From positions 1,200 to 65,199 of the forward strand of contig CAZDEE010000001.1 of NCBI GenBank assembly GCA_964504595.1: DNA of 64,000 nucleotides, read 5' to 3'. The position numbers and the translations under genes are program-made. The notes below the pieces were generated by a model that saw only the letters and a program-made list of their open reading frames with translations, was not told the origin of the DNA and did not search any database. Shown one piece after another: positions 29,082-37,409 of the stretch (positions are counted from its first letter, which is position 1; every line of letters starts with the position of its first letter). This DNA is from an uncultured Staphylococcaceae bacterium. GTDB lineage: Bacteria > Bacillota_I > Bacilli_A > RFN20 > CAG-826.

Positions 29082-30404
29082 ATGAAAAAGAAATATCTAG
29101 ATATGAATGTTTATGAAGCTCTTCAAGAGAGATTTAAATTTATCTTTGAAGAATTCGAAAATATATATGTTTCTTTTAGTGGAGGTAAAGATAGTGGCCT
29201 TCTTTTAAACTTACTTATGGACTATATGGAAAAACATAATATTAAAAAGAAAATTGGTGTCTTTCATCAAGATTTTGAGGCCCAGTACACTTTGACTGTT
29301 GAATATGTTAAAAGGACGTTTGATAAATATTTAGATCGTATTGAACCTTTTTGGGTATGCTTACCAATGGCGACTAGAACTGCTTTAAGTAGTTATCAAA
29401 CATTTTGGTATCCATGGGATGATCATAAAGAAGATATTTGGGTAAGACCAATGCCAGATGTTCCTTATTTAATACATTTGGGAAATAATCCTTTTAGTTT
29501 GTATAAATATCGTATGCACCAAGAAGATTTGGCTAAACAATTTGGTAGATGGTATAAAGAAACTCATGGGAAAAAGAAAACAATTTGTCTTTTGGGTATT
29601 AGAGCAATGGAATCCTTGTCCCGTTATAGTGGCTTTGTTAATAAAAGATATGGATATAAAGGACAATGTTATATAACGAAGCAATTTAAAGATGTTTATT
29701 GTGGTTCACCACTATATGATTGGACTGTTAGTGATGTATGGACCGCGAATTATCGATTTGGATATGACTATAATAAGTTATATGATCTTTATTATAAGGC
29801 TGGGTTGAAGCCATCTCAAATGCGGGTAGCATCTCCTTTTAATGATTACGCAAAAGAGAGTTTAAATCTTTACCGCGTTCTTGAACCGGATTTATGGACA
29901 AAATTAGTTGGTCGAGTTCAAGGTGCTAATTTTGGGGCAATATATGGAAGAACTAAAGCGATGGGGTATCGTAATGTCACACTTCCTGAAGGTTATACAT
30001 GGAAAGAGTATACAAAATTTTTATTAGATACCTTGCCTAAGAAATTACGTTCTAGTTATATTAAAAAGTTTAATACATCAATTAAGTTTTGGCATTCTAT
30101 CGGAGGAGGACTTCCAGAAGACGCTATTAAAGAGATAGAAGCCAGAGGTTATCAAATTAGAAGAAATGGAGTTTCTAATTATACAAAAGATAAGAAGACA
30201 AGAATTATATTTATTGGAAGTATTCCAGATCATACCGATGATGTTCATTTAACAAAGGATATTCCATCATGGAAAAGAATGTGCTATTGCATTTTAAAAA
30301 ATGATCATACTTGTCGATTTTTAGGTTTTGGATTAACTAGAGAACAGCAAGTGCGTATCGATGCGTTATCGAAAAAATATAAAGTTGTGGAGGAAATTAT
30401 ATGA
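29082..30404 (+). CDS. PP-loop ATP pyrophosphatase of the PAPS-reductase family with a long C-terminal DUF3440-like extension (IbrA-like)
   Basis: A PP-loop, VSFSGGKDSG, lies near the N-terminus. LGIRAMES is present. The C-terminal region reads ...IPSWKRMCYCILKNDHTCRFLGFGLT. The start is uncertain, either 29064 or 29082. Confidence 0.72.
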   Translation: MKKKYLDMNVYEALQERFKFIFEEFENIYVSFSGGKDSGLLLNLLMDYMEKHNIKKKIGVFHQDFEAQYTLTVEYVKRTFDKYLDRIEPFWVCLPMATRTALSSYQTFWYPWDDHKEDIWVRPMPDVPYLIHLGNNPFSLYKYRMHQEDLAKQFGRWYKETHGKKKTICLLGIRAMESLSRYSGFVNKRYGYKGQCYITKQFKDVYCGSPLYDWTVSDVWTANYRFGYDYNKLYDLYYKAGLKPSQMRVASPFNDYAKESLNLYRVLEPDLWTKLVGRVQGANFGAIYGRTKAMGYRNVTLPEGYTWKEYTKFLLDTLPKKLRSSYIKKFNTSIKFWHSIGGGLPEDAIKEIEARGYQIRRNGVSNYTKDKKTRIIFIGSIPDHTDDVHLTKDIPSWKRMCYCILKNDHTCRFLGFGLTREQQVRIDALSKKYKVVEEII

Positions 30405-30943
30405 GTTCTTATAAAAGTCCAGTCTATAATATCATCGCGGTTCCGATTGAGAAGATTGTACCAAATGTTTATAATCCTAATTCAGTCGCCCCACCAGAAA
30501 TGGCATTATTATATGATTCTATAAAACAAGATGGCTACACAATGCCGATTGTTTGTTATTACGATAAGGAAAATGATCAATATATTATTGTTGATGGATT
30601 CCACCGTTATCGTATTATGCTCGACCATCAAGATATTTATGATAGAGAAAATGGGATGATACCTGTTTCTGTTATTAATAAATCTCTTGATCAAAGAATG
30701 GCATCCACAATTAGGCATAACCGCGCAAGAGGAAGCCATGATGTTGATTTAATGAGTAATATAATTCGTGAATTGCACGAAATAGGCCGCAGTGATGCTT
30801 GGATAAGCAAACACTTAGGTATGGATAAAGATGAAATATTAAGATTAAAACAGATAACAGGATTAACAGAATTATTTAAAGATAGCGAATTTTCGACTTC
30901 ATGGGAACCTGAAGAAGATTCGGTTTTAACAAATGATGATTAA
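30401..30943 (+). CDS. ParB/sulfiredoxin-fold nuclease-like protein (IbrB-like)
   Basis: NPNSV, VDGFHRYRI and RHNRARGSH motifs are present. Its ATG overlaps the stop of the upstream gene (ATGA), which implies translational coupling. Confidence 0.72.
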   Translation: MSSYKSPVYNIIAVPIEKIVPNVYNPNSVAPPEMALLYDSIKQDGYTMPIVCYYDKENDQYIIVDGFHRYRIMLDHQDIYDRENGMIPVSVINKSLDQRMASTIRHNRARGSHDVDLMSNIIRELHEIGRSDAWISKHLGMDKDEILRLKQITGLTELFKDSEFSTSWEPEEDSVLTNDD

Positions 30944-31008
30944 TAATTAAATTTTAAAATTTCTGATGCTATATTAAAAATTTTAAAAGCAAAACTTTTC
31001 TATATATA

Positions 31009-31037
31009 TAGAAAAAAAGATTTTCTTATGTTATACT
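31009..31037 (+). promoter_or_regulatory. possible extended -10 promoter for the pheST leader
   Basis: TGtTATACT lies at 31029-31037. The weak -35 element TAGAAA lies 17 nt upstream. Confidence 0.35.
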
Positions 31038-31040
31038 CTA

Positions 31041-31254
31041 GTCGTGCGTTGAAAAGAAGTAGTAATAAGTCTCTTTCTAGCTAGGGAAAAGCGAAATAGT
31101 GGAACCGCTTTGTAGAAATGCTTATGAATTCACCTTGGAGTACAGGCTTTGCTCGTGACTAGCGTTAATAGTTAAATTAAGTGCGTTTTCTATTTTAGAC
31201 GAAGTAGGATGGTATCGCGGCGAAAGTCGTTCCTTAGTGAAGCGACTTTTTTTA
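31041..31254 (+). promoter_or_regulatory. T-box leader (tRNA-Phe sensing)
   Basis: A GUGCGUUGAAAAGAAG start and an AGUGGAACCGC distal motif are present. The specifier context is GAA-UUC-A (TTC at 31129-31131). The T-box sequence GAUGGUAUCGCG lies at 31208-31219. The terminator stem is AAAGTCG/CGACTTT (31223-31229 / 31243-31249) followed by a T-run. Confidence 0.88.
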
Positions 31255-31273
31255 TTTATAGGAGGAACAAAAA

Positions 31274-32305
31274 ATGGAGCAAACATTAGATAGCTTGTAT
31301 AAAAAAGCCATCGCAGAAATTGATGAATGTTCAGATTTAGAAGGACTAAATAATATTAGAAATACTTATTTATCTAAAAAATCTCAATTGATGCTAATGA
31401 TGGGCCAAATGAAAACCTTAAGTGGTGAAGAAAAAGCCGCATTTGGAAAGAAAATTAATGAAATAAAGAACAGCATTGTAAGTAAAATTGAAGAAAAAAG
31501 AGCAGCTTTAGAAAAAGAAACTTTAAGAATTAAACTAGCAAATGAAGCGCTAGATATTACTTTACCAGGAAGAAACTTTTCTTCTGGCGCAAAAAATCCA
31601 TTTTATATAATTCAAGATGAAATTATTGATATTTTTGCAGCGATGGGTTATGAAATTGTTGAAGGTCCTGAGGTTGAATTAGATCATTATAACTTCGAAT
31701 TAATGAACATTCCTGCTGATCATCCAGCGCGTGATATGCAAGATTCATTTTATATAGATGAAAGAACATTAATGAGAACTCATACTTCACCTGTTCAAGC
31801 TCGTGTTATGGAGAAGAAAGGTGGAAAGCCAATTCGAATTATTTGTCCAGGGAAAACTTATCGTCGTGATGATGATGATGCAACTCACTCTCATCAATTT
31901 GCTCAAATTGAAGGACTAGTTGTTGATAAGGATATTAACTTAGGACATTTAAAAGCAACACTAGAATTATTCTTAAAAAAGATGTATGGAGAAAAGCGTG
32001 AAATAAGATTACGTTCATCATATTTCCCATTTACTGAACCATCTGTGGAAGTTGATATATCCTGTTATGAATGCGGAGGAAAAGGCTGCTCGGTTTGTAA
32101 AGGAACAGGTTGGATTGAAATACTTGGTGGAGGTATGGTTCATCCAAATGTCTTAAGAATGTCAGGATATGATCCAGAAGTATATCAAGGATTTGCTTTT
32201 GGTATTGGTATTGAAAGAGTAGCAATGCTACGTTATGGTATCGATGATATTCGTCGATTCTATCAAAATGATATTAGATTTTTACATCAATTTAGAAAGG
32301 AGTAA
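31274..32305 (+). CDS. pheS: phenylalanine--tRNA ligase alpha subunit
   Basis: [19 protein letters not shown] and FPFTEPS class II motifs are present. Confidence 0.97.
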   Translation: MEQTLDSLYKKAIAEIDECSDLEGLNNIRNTYLSKKSQLMLMMGQMKTLSGEEKAAFGKKINEIKNSIVSKIEEKRAALEKETLRIKLANEALDITLPGRNFSSGAKNPFYIIQDEIIDIFAAMGYEIVEGPEVELDHYNFELMNIPADHPARDMQDSFYIDERTLMRTHTSPVQARVMEKKGGKPIRIICPGKTYRRDDDDATHSHQFAQIEGLVVDKDINLGHLKATLELFLKKMYGEKREIRLRSSYFPFTEPSVEVDISCYECGGKGCSVCKGTGWIEILGGGMVHPNVLRMSGYDPEVYQGFAFGIGIERVAMLRYGIDDIRRFYQNDIRFLHQFRKE

Positions 32306-32311
32306 TAAAAA

Positions 32312-34708
32312 ATGAAAGTAAGTGTAAAATGGCTTAAACAATTAGTAGATTTAAATGGTATTACTCCTTCAGAAATAGCGGATAAATTAACTTTTGCGGG
32401 AATTGAAGTAGAAGATATTATTTATCTTGCTTCTGCGAGTGGGTTAGTAATTGGTGAAATTAAAGAATGTCAAGCGCATCCTAACAGCGATCATTTGCAT
32501 ATTTTAAAAGTTGATTTAGGCGAAAAATATGGAATTACGCAAATTGTTTGTGGTGCACCTAATGCAAGAAAAGGATTAAAAGTAATTGTCGCAATGGTTG
32601 GAGCAAAACTTCCTTCTTTAACTATTAATGCAGGAGTTATTAGAGGAGTGGAAAGCAATGGTATGTGCTGTTCATTATCTGAATTAGGAGTCGATAAGAA
32701 ATATTTAACGGAAGCTCAACTTGCGGGAATTGAAGAATTACCTAATGACGCTCCAGTTGGAAATGAAAATGTTTTGGAATACTTAGGATTAGATGATGTA
32801 ATTCTTGATATGAAGCTACTTGCTAATAGATCGGATTGTAATGCAATGATAAGTGTTGCTAAAGAAGTTGCATCTCTTTTTGAAAGAAAGTTAACTTTAC
32901 CAGAAATTACATTTAATCAAGAATTATTACCAACTAATTTTAAAGTTGAATCTGAAACGAATAAATGCCAACAAATTTCAATAAAAATAATTGAAGGAAT
33001 TGAAGTTAAAGAATCTCCTTTATGGTTAAAACAAACATTAATGGCAATGGGAATTCGCTCAATTAATAATATTGTTGATATTGGTAATTATGTGATGTTA
33101 ATGTTTGGTCAACCATTACATATGTATGATTTAGATTTATTACCAAAAGAAGAATTAATAGTCAGAGATGATTTAGAAGGTGATTTTGTTGCCCTTGATG
33201 AAAAGACATATAAATTACAAAAAGGTGATTTAGTTGTTACTTCTGAAAGTACACCTGCTTGTTTAGGTGGGGTTATGGGTTCTTTAAATTGTGCGGTGAC
33301 ATCCAAAACAAAACGCATTGCTATTGAATCTGCTAATTTTGTTGGGGCTCAAGTTAGAAAGACATCAATTAGATTAAATTTAGGAAGTGAATCAAGTGCT
33401 AGATTTATTAAGGGAATTAATCCACATCAATATGAAGATGTTTTAGCTTTTACTGCAAACATGGTAAAAGAATTATGTGGCAGTAGTAAAGAATATCAAA
33501 CAGTCACATACGATAAAATTGATCATGAATTAAGGACAATTATCACTAGTGCTTATCGAATTAATAATCGTTTAGGAACCTCCTTTAGTGAAGAAGAAAT
33601 TATTTCTGTTTTACAAAGAGTGGGTGTGAAAATTGAAAAGCAAGGCGATAAATTAATTGCTATTGTTCCACCTCATCGTATTGATATAACATGTGATGCT
33701 GATTTAAGTGAAGAAGTAATTCGTATTTTAGGATTTGAACATGTCAATAGTGAACTTCCAACCGTAAAAGCGGTTTTAGGTGGTTTAAATGAATTACAAG
33801 TTAAGAAGAGAAATATTCGTTATTTCTTATTAAATAATGGTCTTGATGAAATTTTAACATATACACTTATTTCAAAAGAAGATAATGAAAGGTTTAATTT
33901 TTTCCATCAAGAAGAACCATATAAACTATTACATCCAATGACTGATGAACATGCTGAAGTTCGTAAAAGCTTAATGTCATCAATGTTAAGTACCTTACGA
34001 TATAATGTTGCTAGACAAGCAAAACATCTTTCTATGTTTGAAGTTAGTGAAGTATTTGTTGAAGGATCACAGTCAACTCATTTATGTATTGGATTATATG
34101 GCTATGATGCATATCGACATGAATTAAAGACAATTCCTTATGACTTCTATTCTTTAAAAGGAATTTTTGAGGCTATTATGGAAAAATTAGGTATTGAACC
34201 AACTAGATATCGTCTTGATAAATTGGAAGAAAATGATATTTATCATCCAGGTAGAAGCGCGGGAATTTATTTTGGAAAAGAACTTGTTGGTGTATTAGGA
34301 GAAATTCATCCAACGCTTCGCAAGGAATATGATCTTGATAAAGCTCCATGTTTAGTAATGGAATTGTTATTAAGCAAGATATTGGATGTTAAAACTAGTC
34401 GTAAAAAAATGCAAACTCCTTCAAAATTTCCATTTGTGGAAAGGGATTTAGCTTTAATTGTTAAAGAGAGTACTAAATCATCTGATTTAATTCGTGTAAT
34501 TAAAAAGGCTGGTAAGAGCTTAGTAAAAGATGTTTTAGTATTTGATGTATATAAAGGTGAACATGTTGATAAGGGATATGTGAGTATTGCAATTAAAATC
34601 AAATACCAAAATGATGAAAAAACTCTTCAAGAAAAAGAGATATTAGAAAGTGAAAATGCGATTAAAGAAGCTTTATTTAAAGAATTTTCAATCGTTTTAA
34701 GAGGATAG
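32312..34708 (+). CDS. pheT: phenylalanine--tRNA ligase beta subunit
   Basis: 798 aa. The N-terminal tRNA-binding domain shows MKVSVKWLKQLV... and HPNSDHL, followed by B3/4, B5 and FDX-ACB domains. Confidence 0.97.
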   Translation: MKVSVKWLKQLVDLNGITPSEIADKLTFAGIEVEDIIYLASASGLVIGEIKECQAHPNSDHLHILKVDLGEKYGITQIVCGAPNARKGLKVIVAMVGAKLPSLTINAGVIRGVESNGMCCSLSELGVDKKYLTEAQLAGIEELPNDAPVGNENVLEYLGLDDVILDMKLLANRSDCNAMISVAKEVASLFERKLTLPEITFNQELLPTNFKVESETNKCQQISIKIIEGIEVKESPLWLKQTLMAMGIRSINNIVDIGNYVMLMFGQPLHMYDLDLLPKEELIVRDDLEGDFVALDEKTYKLQKGDLVVTSESTPACLGGVMGSLNCAVTSKTKRIAIESANFVGAQVRKTSIRLNLGSESSARFIKGINPHQYEDVLAFTANMVKELCGSSKEYQTVTYDKIDHELRTIITSAYRINNRLGTSFSEEEIISVLQRVGVKIEKQGDKLIAIVPPHRIDITCDADLSEEVIRILGFEHVNSELPTVKAVLGGLNELQVKKRNIRYFLLNNGLDEILTYTLISKEDNERFNFFHQEEPYKLLHPMTDEHAEVRKSLMSSMLSTLRYNVARQAKHLSMFEVSEVFVEGSQSTHLCIGLYGYDAYRHELKTIPYDFYSLKGIFEAIMEKLGIEPTRYRLDKLEENDIYHPGRSAGIYFGKELVGVLGEIHPTLRKEYDLDKAPCLVMELLLSKILDVKTSRKKMQTPSKFPFVERDLALIVKESTKSSDLIRVIKKAGKSLVKDVLVFDVYKGEHVDKGYVSIAIKIKYQNDEKTLQEKEILESENAIKEALFKEFSIVLRG

Positions 34709-34711
34709 TTT

Positions 34712-35221
34712 ATGAAGGTTAATTATCAAACTCTTGCAAGATTACATCATTTAGTAGAAGAAGAGGATATAACTTATTCCACTGAACAACTGCAAGGAAT
34801 TCATTCGTTAATTAGAATGCCATATGTTCACGGAAAAGTTGAATTGAGTGAAGATGATGGAATAGTTCATGCTTTATTTTCAATTAAGGCAAATTTAGTT
34901 TTAGAATGTGCATATACTTTACAAGAAGTTGACTATAAAGTAGATTTTGATGATGAACTTGACTTTTGCTTTATAAAAGACGAATATCATGAAGAAGATG
35001 AAAACTTAATTTATATTGAAGGAAACACTTTGGATTTAGATATATATATATTAGGATTAATAATTACTGAAATTCCTATGAAAGTGGTAAAAAAAGGAGC
35101 AAAACTTCCTACCAATGGAAAAGATTACGAAGTAATTACTGAAGATGAATATTATAATCGTCATAAAGATAAAGTAGACCCAAGATTATCTGCATTAGAT
35201 GATTTTGAAGTTGATGAATAA
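34712..35221 (+). CDS. DUF177 (YceD-like) protein
   Basis: LVLECAYTLQEVDYKVDFD... and ...LDLDIYILGLIITEIPMKVV resemble the YceD-family core. The tail is acidic. Confidence 0.6.
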   Translation: MKVNYQTLARLHHLVEEEDITYSTEQLQGIHSLIRMPYVHGKVELSEDDGIVHALFSIKANLVLECAYTLQEVDYKVDFDDELDFCFIKDEYHEEDENLIYIEGNTLDLDIYILGLIITEIPMKVVKKGAKLPTNGKDYEVITEDEYYNRHKDKVDPRLSALDDFEVDE

Positions 35222-35237
35222 TTATTAAATTTATGAA

Positions 35238-35265
35238 AATGCGCCATAAATGGTGCATTTTTTAT
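35238..35265 (+). terminator. intrinsic terminator after the pheST-DUF177 unit
   Basis: Stem AATGCGCCA/TGGTGCATT with one G-U pair and a 4-nt loop, followed by a T-run. Confidence 0.8.
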
Positions 35266-35427
35266 ATACAAAATTATATATAACTATTGTTAAATAAATA
35301 AAAAACGTTTGGCTTGTTAAATATTTAAATATATCACCTGAAACAATAAATTGCGGTATTAGATATTAGACAATTTTTTATATATATTTTAATATAGCAT
35401 TAAATAATAGATATAGTAATTTTTATG

Positions 35428-35467
35428 CTCGAATTGGTTTCACAACAATCAATTTCGAGTTTTTTTA
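35428..35467 (+). terminator. orphan terminator-like hairpin with no upstream ORF
   Basis: CTCGAATTG...CAATTTCGAG forms 9 bp with a 1-nt bulge and is followed by 7 T. Confidence 0.5.
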
Positions 35468-35517
35468 TGTTTAAACTTAAAAATGAATTCAATATCAAAA
35501 AAAACATACAATTTTAT

Positions 35518-35546
35518 TTGCAATAGGAGGAATAATGCATTATAAT
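35518..35546 (+). promoter_or_regulatory. near-consensus sigma-A promoter of the dcw cluster (Pmra)
   Basis: TTGCAA (35518-35523), a 17-nt spacer, then TATAAT (35541-35546). Confidence 0.65.
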
Positions 35547-35550
35547 TGCA

Positions 35551-35580
35551 GTGAAGTGGAATAAAGTGGAAGGAAGTGGG
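35551..35580 (+). promoter_or_regulatory. MraZ operator-like triple direct repeat
   Basis: The sequence is gtgaaGTGGAataaaGTGGAaggaaGTGGG. The GTGG[A/G] pentamers end at 35560, 35570 and 35580, an exact 10-bp phasing. They lie between the -10 element and the mraZ ATG. Confidence 0.6.
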
Positions 35581-35583
35581 AGA

Positions 35584-36021
35584 ATGTTCTTTGGAAGCTA
35601 TGAGCATAACTTAGATGCAAAAGGACGTTTATTTATCCCAAGTAAATTCCGTTCTAAAATTGAGGGCAGTGTTTATATCACAAAAGGGTTTGATGGTTGT
35701 TTATCCATTTACACAAAAGAAGATTTTGAACCAAAATTAAAAGAATATATGAGCTATTCATATAACAATAAAGATACTCGCTCTCATTTACGTATTCACT
35801 TTTCCTCATTTGATGAAATTGAAATTGATAAGCAAGGAAGATTGCAAATTCCTTCAAAATTTCTTAAAAAAGAGGGTATTTCACAAGAAGTAATTATAGT
35901 TGGTGTTCTTGATCATTTCGAAATATGGGATCGAAAGAGATGGAATGAATACTATGATGAAAACTATGCTAGAGATGAAGAAATTGCGGAATCTCTTGAA
36001 AGAAAGAGAGTTGAAGATTAA
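35584..36021 (+). CDS. mraZ: transcriptional regulator MraZ
   Basis: MFFGSYEHNLDAKGRLFIPSKFR and a second DxxGR-type repeat, IDKQGRLQIPSKF, are present. I chose the ATG at 35584. The track's upstream extension consists of the operator repeats. Confidence 0.93.
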   Translation: MFFGSYEHNLDAKGRLFIPSKFRSKIEGSVYITKGFDGCLSIYTKEDFEPKLKEYMSYSYNNKDTRSHLRIHFSSFDEIEIDKQGRLQIPSKFLKKEGISQEVIIVGVLDHFEIWDRKRWNEYYDENYARDEEIAESLERKRVED

Positions 36022-36950
36022 TGGAACATATTTCAGTAATGCTTCATGAAACAATTGATTCACTAGAAATTAAAGAAGATGGAATATATGTCGATTTAAC
36101 TTTAGGTCGCGGAGGTCATACCTTAGAAATACTAAAAAAAATCAAATCAGGTCATGTTTATGGATTTGATCAAGATAGAACCGCGATTGATGAAACTAAA
36201 GAAAGATTGAACTCATATAGTGATAAAATCACATATATTCATGCAAATTTTGTTTCATTTGATGAACATCTAGATGCATTAGGGGTAAAAGAAGTAGATG
36301 GAATTTTAATGGATTTAGGGGTTTCATCTCCACAATTTGATGATGGGGAGAGAGGATTCTCATATCGATTTGATGCTCGTCTAGATATGCGAATGAATCA
36401 AGAAAGCTCCTTATCCGCTTATGAGATTGTTAATGATTATAGCTTACAAGAATTAACAACAATATTTAGAGAATATGGCGAAGAAAAATTTGCTTATGAA
36501 ATCGCAAAAAAAATTGTTCATTATAGAGAAACTAAACCTGTTGAAACAACTTTTGAACTAGTTGATATCATCAAAAGCGCTTTGCCAAGTAAAGTATTAA
36601 AGAAAAAAGGACATCCAGCAAAGCAAGTGTTTCAAGCGATTAGAATTGAAGTTAATGATGAGCTAAATGTGCTAAAAATCGCCTTAGAAAAGGCTTTAAA
36701 ACGAATTAAGGTTGGAGGAAGAGTATCGGTTATAACATTTCATTCTTTAGAAGATCGAATTGTTAAACGTATATTTAAAGAAGCTTCAAGTGTTGAATCA
36801 ACACCAAGGAATTTACCTGTATTACCTATCAATCAAGAAGCAAATTACTTTTTAGTTAATAAGCATCCCATTGAAGCAAACGAAGAAGAATTAGAAATTA
36901 ATTCTCGTTCTGCAAGTGCAAAATTAAGGACCATTGAAAGAAGAAAATAA
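36021..36950 (+). CDS. rsmH: 16S rRNA (cytosine1402-N4)-methyltransferase
   Basis: HISVMLHETI, DLTLGRGGH, DLGVSSPQ and SLEDRIVK are present. A TAATG overlap links it to mraZ. Confidence 0.95.
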   Translation: MEHISVMLHETIDSLEIKEDGIYVDLTLGRGGHTLEILKKIKSGHVYGFDQDRTAIDETKERLNSYSDKITYIHANFVSFDEHLDALGVKEVDGILMDLGVSSPQFDDGERGFSYRFDARLDMRMNQESSLSAYEIVNDYSLQELTTIFREYGEEKFAYEIAKKIVHYRETKPVETTFELVDIIKSALPSKVLKKKGHPAKQVFQAIRIEVNDELNVLKIALEKALKRIKVGGRVSVITFHSLEDRIVKRIFKEASSVESTPRNLPVLPINQEANYFLVNKHPIEANEEELEINSRSASAKLRTIERRK

Positions 36951-36967
36951 AGGAAGGAATGATACTA

Positions 36968-37219
36968 ATGAAAAATAAAATGAAAAAAGTACATAAAACA
37001 AAAATGGATTATGTTATGAAAAAACTTGGAGGTATTTCATTTATCTTTACTTTTGTTGCTCTTGCTGTAATTATTCCTTTATCGAATAAATTTGAAAAAG
37101 AAAATATATCAATAAACTATAATATAAACCTTATGGAGCAACAAGAAAGATTTGCAAAACCAATTTCAGAACATAAGGAATTTGCACAAGAAAATTTTGA
37201 TTATAAGCACCTAGCATAA
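36968..37219 (+). CDS. ftsL: small bitopic membrane protein, FtsL by position
   Basis: It has a basic N-terminus and a single transmembrane segment (ISFIFTFVALAVIIPL). It sits between rsmH and the PBP gene. It has little sequence signature of its own. Confidence 0.5.
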   Translation: MKNKMKKVHKTKMDYVMKKLGGISFIFTFVALAVIIPLSNKFEKENISINYNINLMEQQERFAKPISEHKEFAQENFDYKHLA

Positions 37220-37234
37220 TGCTAGGTTTTTTTA
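37209..37234 (+). terminator. intrinsic terminator inside the dcw cluster, after ftsL
   Basis: The perfect 8-bp stem ACCTAGCA/TGCTAGGT has the ftsL TAA stop as its 3-nt loop. A run of 7 T follows. Confidence 0.8.
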
Positions 37235-37364
37235 TTCTTTTTATGAAAATTATGTTTTTAATTGTTTAATTATTTTTTAGAGTTAAAAGTCTATTTTATG
37301 TTGTAGTAAAAAAATTATTTCATCTTTAAATTAATAAAAAAACTTATTATATCGTTAACTTTTT

Positions 37365-37393
37365 TAATATCCTCTTATTCTTTTTCATATTAT
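37365..37393 (+). promoter_or_regulatory. sigma-E-like promoter candidate upstream of the class B PBP
   Basis: tAATATc (37365-37371), a 14-nt spacer, then CATATTAT (37386-37393). I compared this with my recollection of the B. subtilis sigma-E consensus (ATATT-N14-CATACAhT). Confidence 0.3.
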
Positions 37394-37409
37394 AAAAAGA
37401 GGTGAAAAA

